From Alphaproteobacteria bacterium (GTDB lineage Bacteria > Pseudomonadota > Alphaproteobacteria > MPNO01 > UBA830), in contig OZ219791.1 of NCBI GenBank assembly GCA_964291215.2, positions 2,400,001 through 2,464,000 of the forward strand: a DNA stretch of 64,000 nucleotides, in the 5' to 3' direction. This document shows positions 61,868 to 64,000 of the stretch, in pieces (positions within the stretch are counted from its first letter, which is position 1; every line of letters starts with the position of its first letter). Below the pieces are notes generated by a model. That model ran no database searches. It was not told the origin of the DNA and saw only the letters and a list, made by a program, of their open reading frames with translations. Made by a program: the position numbers and the translations under genes.

Positions 61868-63025
61868 ATGACGAAGGACGGGTTGGCCCGCATCCCGAAC
61901 CAGCGCCATCTCTTCGACGTTCCTGCAGAGGTGGCATACTTCAATTGCGCCTACATGGCGCCGCTCATGCACCGCGTGCTTGAGGCAGGCGACCGGGGCG
62001 TGCGGTCGAAAGCCCGGCCATGGACGATCGCATCCGACGATTTCTTCGCCGGCATGGAGCGGGCTCGAGACCTCTTCTCGCAGATCATCGGTGCGGATGC
62101 CGAAGGCGTAGCGCTGGTTCCGTCGGCGAGCTACGGACTTTCGTGTGCGGCACGTAATATCGTTGTCACGCCCGGAGACAGGATTCTGGTTCTCGCGGAA
62201 CAGTTCCCGTCCAACGTCTACACCTGGCGGGAGACGGCGCGGATGCATGGCGCGACGCTTGTCGCGGTGGACCGGCCTCCCGATGATGACTGGTCGCGGG
62301 CGGTGCTCGCGGCGATCGACGAACGTGTGTCGGTGGTCGCGCTTCCGCAGTGCCACTGGACTGACGGCGGCCTGCTCGACCTCGTGCGCATCGGCGCCCG
62401 CTGCAGGGAGGTCGGAGCAACGCTGGTGCTCGACCTTACCCAGTCTGCGGGCGCGCTCAGATTCAATGCTGTGGAGGTGCAGCCGGACTACCTCGTGTCC
62501 GCGGGCTACAAGTGGCTGCTCGGACCCTATTCGCTCGGTTTCCTCTGGGTGGCGCCGGAACATCGGGATGGGCGGCCAATAGAGTACAACTGGATGGGCC
62601 GCGCGGGCGCGGACAACTTCGCCCGCCTCGTGGACTATCGAGACGACTACCGGCCGGGGGCCCGCCGCTTCGATGTCGGAGAGGGAGCGAATTTCGTTCT
62701 GGTTCCGATGATCACTGCCGCCCTCGAGCAGATACTGAGTTGGGGCGTCAAGGGAATCGAGACTGCAATCGGTGCTCGGACCGGCCGGATTGCCGAACGT
62801 GCGGCCAGCCTCGGCCTTCGTTCGGCGCCGGCTGCACTCCGCGCCGCGCACTTTCTCGGGCTCCAGTTTCCAGGCGGCCTTCCTGACGAACTGCCTGCAG
62901 CCCTTGCCGCGGAGAATATCCATGTGAGCGCCCGCGGAACCTCATTGCGGGTAACGCCACATCTCTACAATACCGATGAAGACATCGATCGGCTCCTTGC
63001 AGTGCTTGAACAGCTCCTGGACTGA
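61868..63025 (+). CDS. PLP class V aminotransferase/desulfurase-like enzyme
   Basis: YFNCA, FPSN, LDLTQSAG, AGYKWLLGP, LRVTPHLYN. Confidence 0.9.
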   Translation: MTKDGLARIPNQRHLFDVPAEVAYFNCAYMAPLMHRVLEAGDRGVRSKARPWTIASDDFFAGMERARDLFSQIIGADAEGVALVPSASYGLSCAARNIVVTPGDRILVLAEQFPSNVYTWRETARMHGATLVAVDRPPDDDWSRAVLAAIDERVSVVALPQCHWTDGGLLDLVRIGARCREVGATLVLDLTQSAGALRFNAVEVQPDYLVSAGYKWLLGPYSLGFLWVAPEHRDGRPIEYNWMGRAGADNFARLVDYRDDYRPGARRFDVGEGANFVLVPMITAALEQILSWGVKGIETAIGARTGRIAERAASLGLRSAPAALRAAHFLGLQFPGGLPDELPAALAAENIHVSARGTSLRVTPHLYNTDEDIDRLLAVLEQLLD

Positions 63026-63539
63026 TCATTCTGTCGGCAGACTCGGCGGCTGCCACGCCGGCCGTCCTTTGTATTCCGCCGTCGAATCAACCCCCTGGAT
63101 TGCCGCATTGCCAGTGTTCACACGGTAAGCGTTTGTTCGCGCGGTGATGACGATCTGCGCCGAGGTTTGTTTGATGATTCGGAGAAGGGGGCTGATAAAC
63201 TTTTTTTGGCGGTGCTATCCGGTCGTGCATGGTCATGTGCATCGAAGATTTCGTGTCATCATCGGGTGCGGACGCCGCTGGCGACGTGCCGCAGTCGTCG
63301 TGTTGTGATTCGGTCACCTAGTCACGTGACACTGAAGTAAGGTTCATTGTAAAGTTGTGTCCCGAGTCGGACAATGGAGGTTATCTCGATGGGGCGCGGT
63401 ACGGGACGGCCGCTGGCGGCCTTGACCACTCAAGACCAGCACCGCCAAGGGCCGTCCCATACCGCGTGGCATCGCCATGACCTCCGTGTTCACACTCCAA
63501 CCGCCATCATACAATCATGCTTACTTCAGTTCCAGATGA

Positions 63540-64000
63540 CTAGAAGTCCATGTACGATCGCGAGCGTATTCGAGCCGAGGTGGCGGAAGCCCCCGCGGCG
63601 GCTGCGGAGGGTCGCTGTGAAAAGCTGCGCTTGCGGCGAAGCGGTCTCTTGCGCTGGAGCAGGAGGTTGCGTGTCCGGGCCAGCTTCTTGCCGAGGCTGG
63701 TGTTGATGCGCGAAAGCGGTCGACGGTGGTGTCGCTGCGCATGGAGAAAGCCGGCCTGATGACCAAGGTGAAGATGCTGAAGGAGCGGGTCAGGGCGCTT
63801 GAGGCGAAGGGCGACAAGCTTCGTTCGAACAGGTCGTCGAAGTCGATGTACGGGCGCAAGAGCGAGAAGGGGTAGCGGATATCATCGAAGCGCCGCCGTG
63901 GCCAGCACAGGATGGCGCTCAGCTCCTCCTCCGCAGCGCCGGGACAAAACCGCAACCAATGCGGAAAACACGGCATGGCGCCAGTGCCCCTCACCGCGTA
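63540..64000 (+). mobile_element. IS66-like remnant running off the window
   Basis: Coiled-coil fragment ending MYGRKSEK; 63903-63998 is an inverted homolog of 48143-48237. Confidence 0.45.

Noticed and set aside
63357-63375. GTGTCCCGAG as a second IS110 target
   Set aside because: It matches only the right-target half; the other half does not fit the left target guide.

Overview
High-GC (alphaproteobacterial-style) accessory region. It looks like a sponge or invertebrate symbiont genome, judging from the autotransporter remnant and the IS load, but that is inference. 1-17.2 kb is a decaying conjugative/integrative element: RHH/MobC-like gene, candidate oriT, DUF2493, ssb, small unknown genes, three TA pairs, a lone PD-(D/E)xK protein and a large serine recombinase ending in a tRNA-fMet 3' fragment (att), with a fourth TA pair just beyond the att. 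18-63 kb holds intact catabolic and transport blocks: tandem Bcr/CflA MFS; a Liv-type ABC system with PrpD, VOC dioxygenase, ferritin-like, RdhA/QueG-like and class IV aminotransferase genes; two UbiD enzymes, PyrK/PyrD, malonyl-CoA decarboxylase, a Mo-hydroxylase and an amidase. Between these blocks lie nested, deletion-riddled IS elements. The best sequence-supported highlights are: (i) an IS110 whose bridge-RNA-like left end can be decoded, with all four guides matching its own ends and a target in an IS1634 transposase whose empty allele is present 20 kb away; (ii) two IS66-type elements with TIRs and 8-bp TSDs that carry a DNA adenine methyltransferase coupled to the transposase; (iii) a structured 206-bp non-autonomous element in three copies. 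No CRISPR array, rRNA or complete tRNA was seen.
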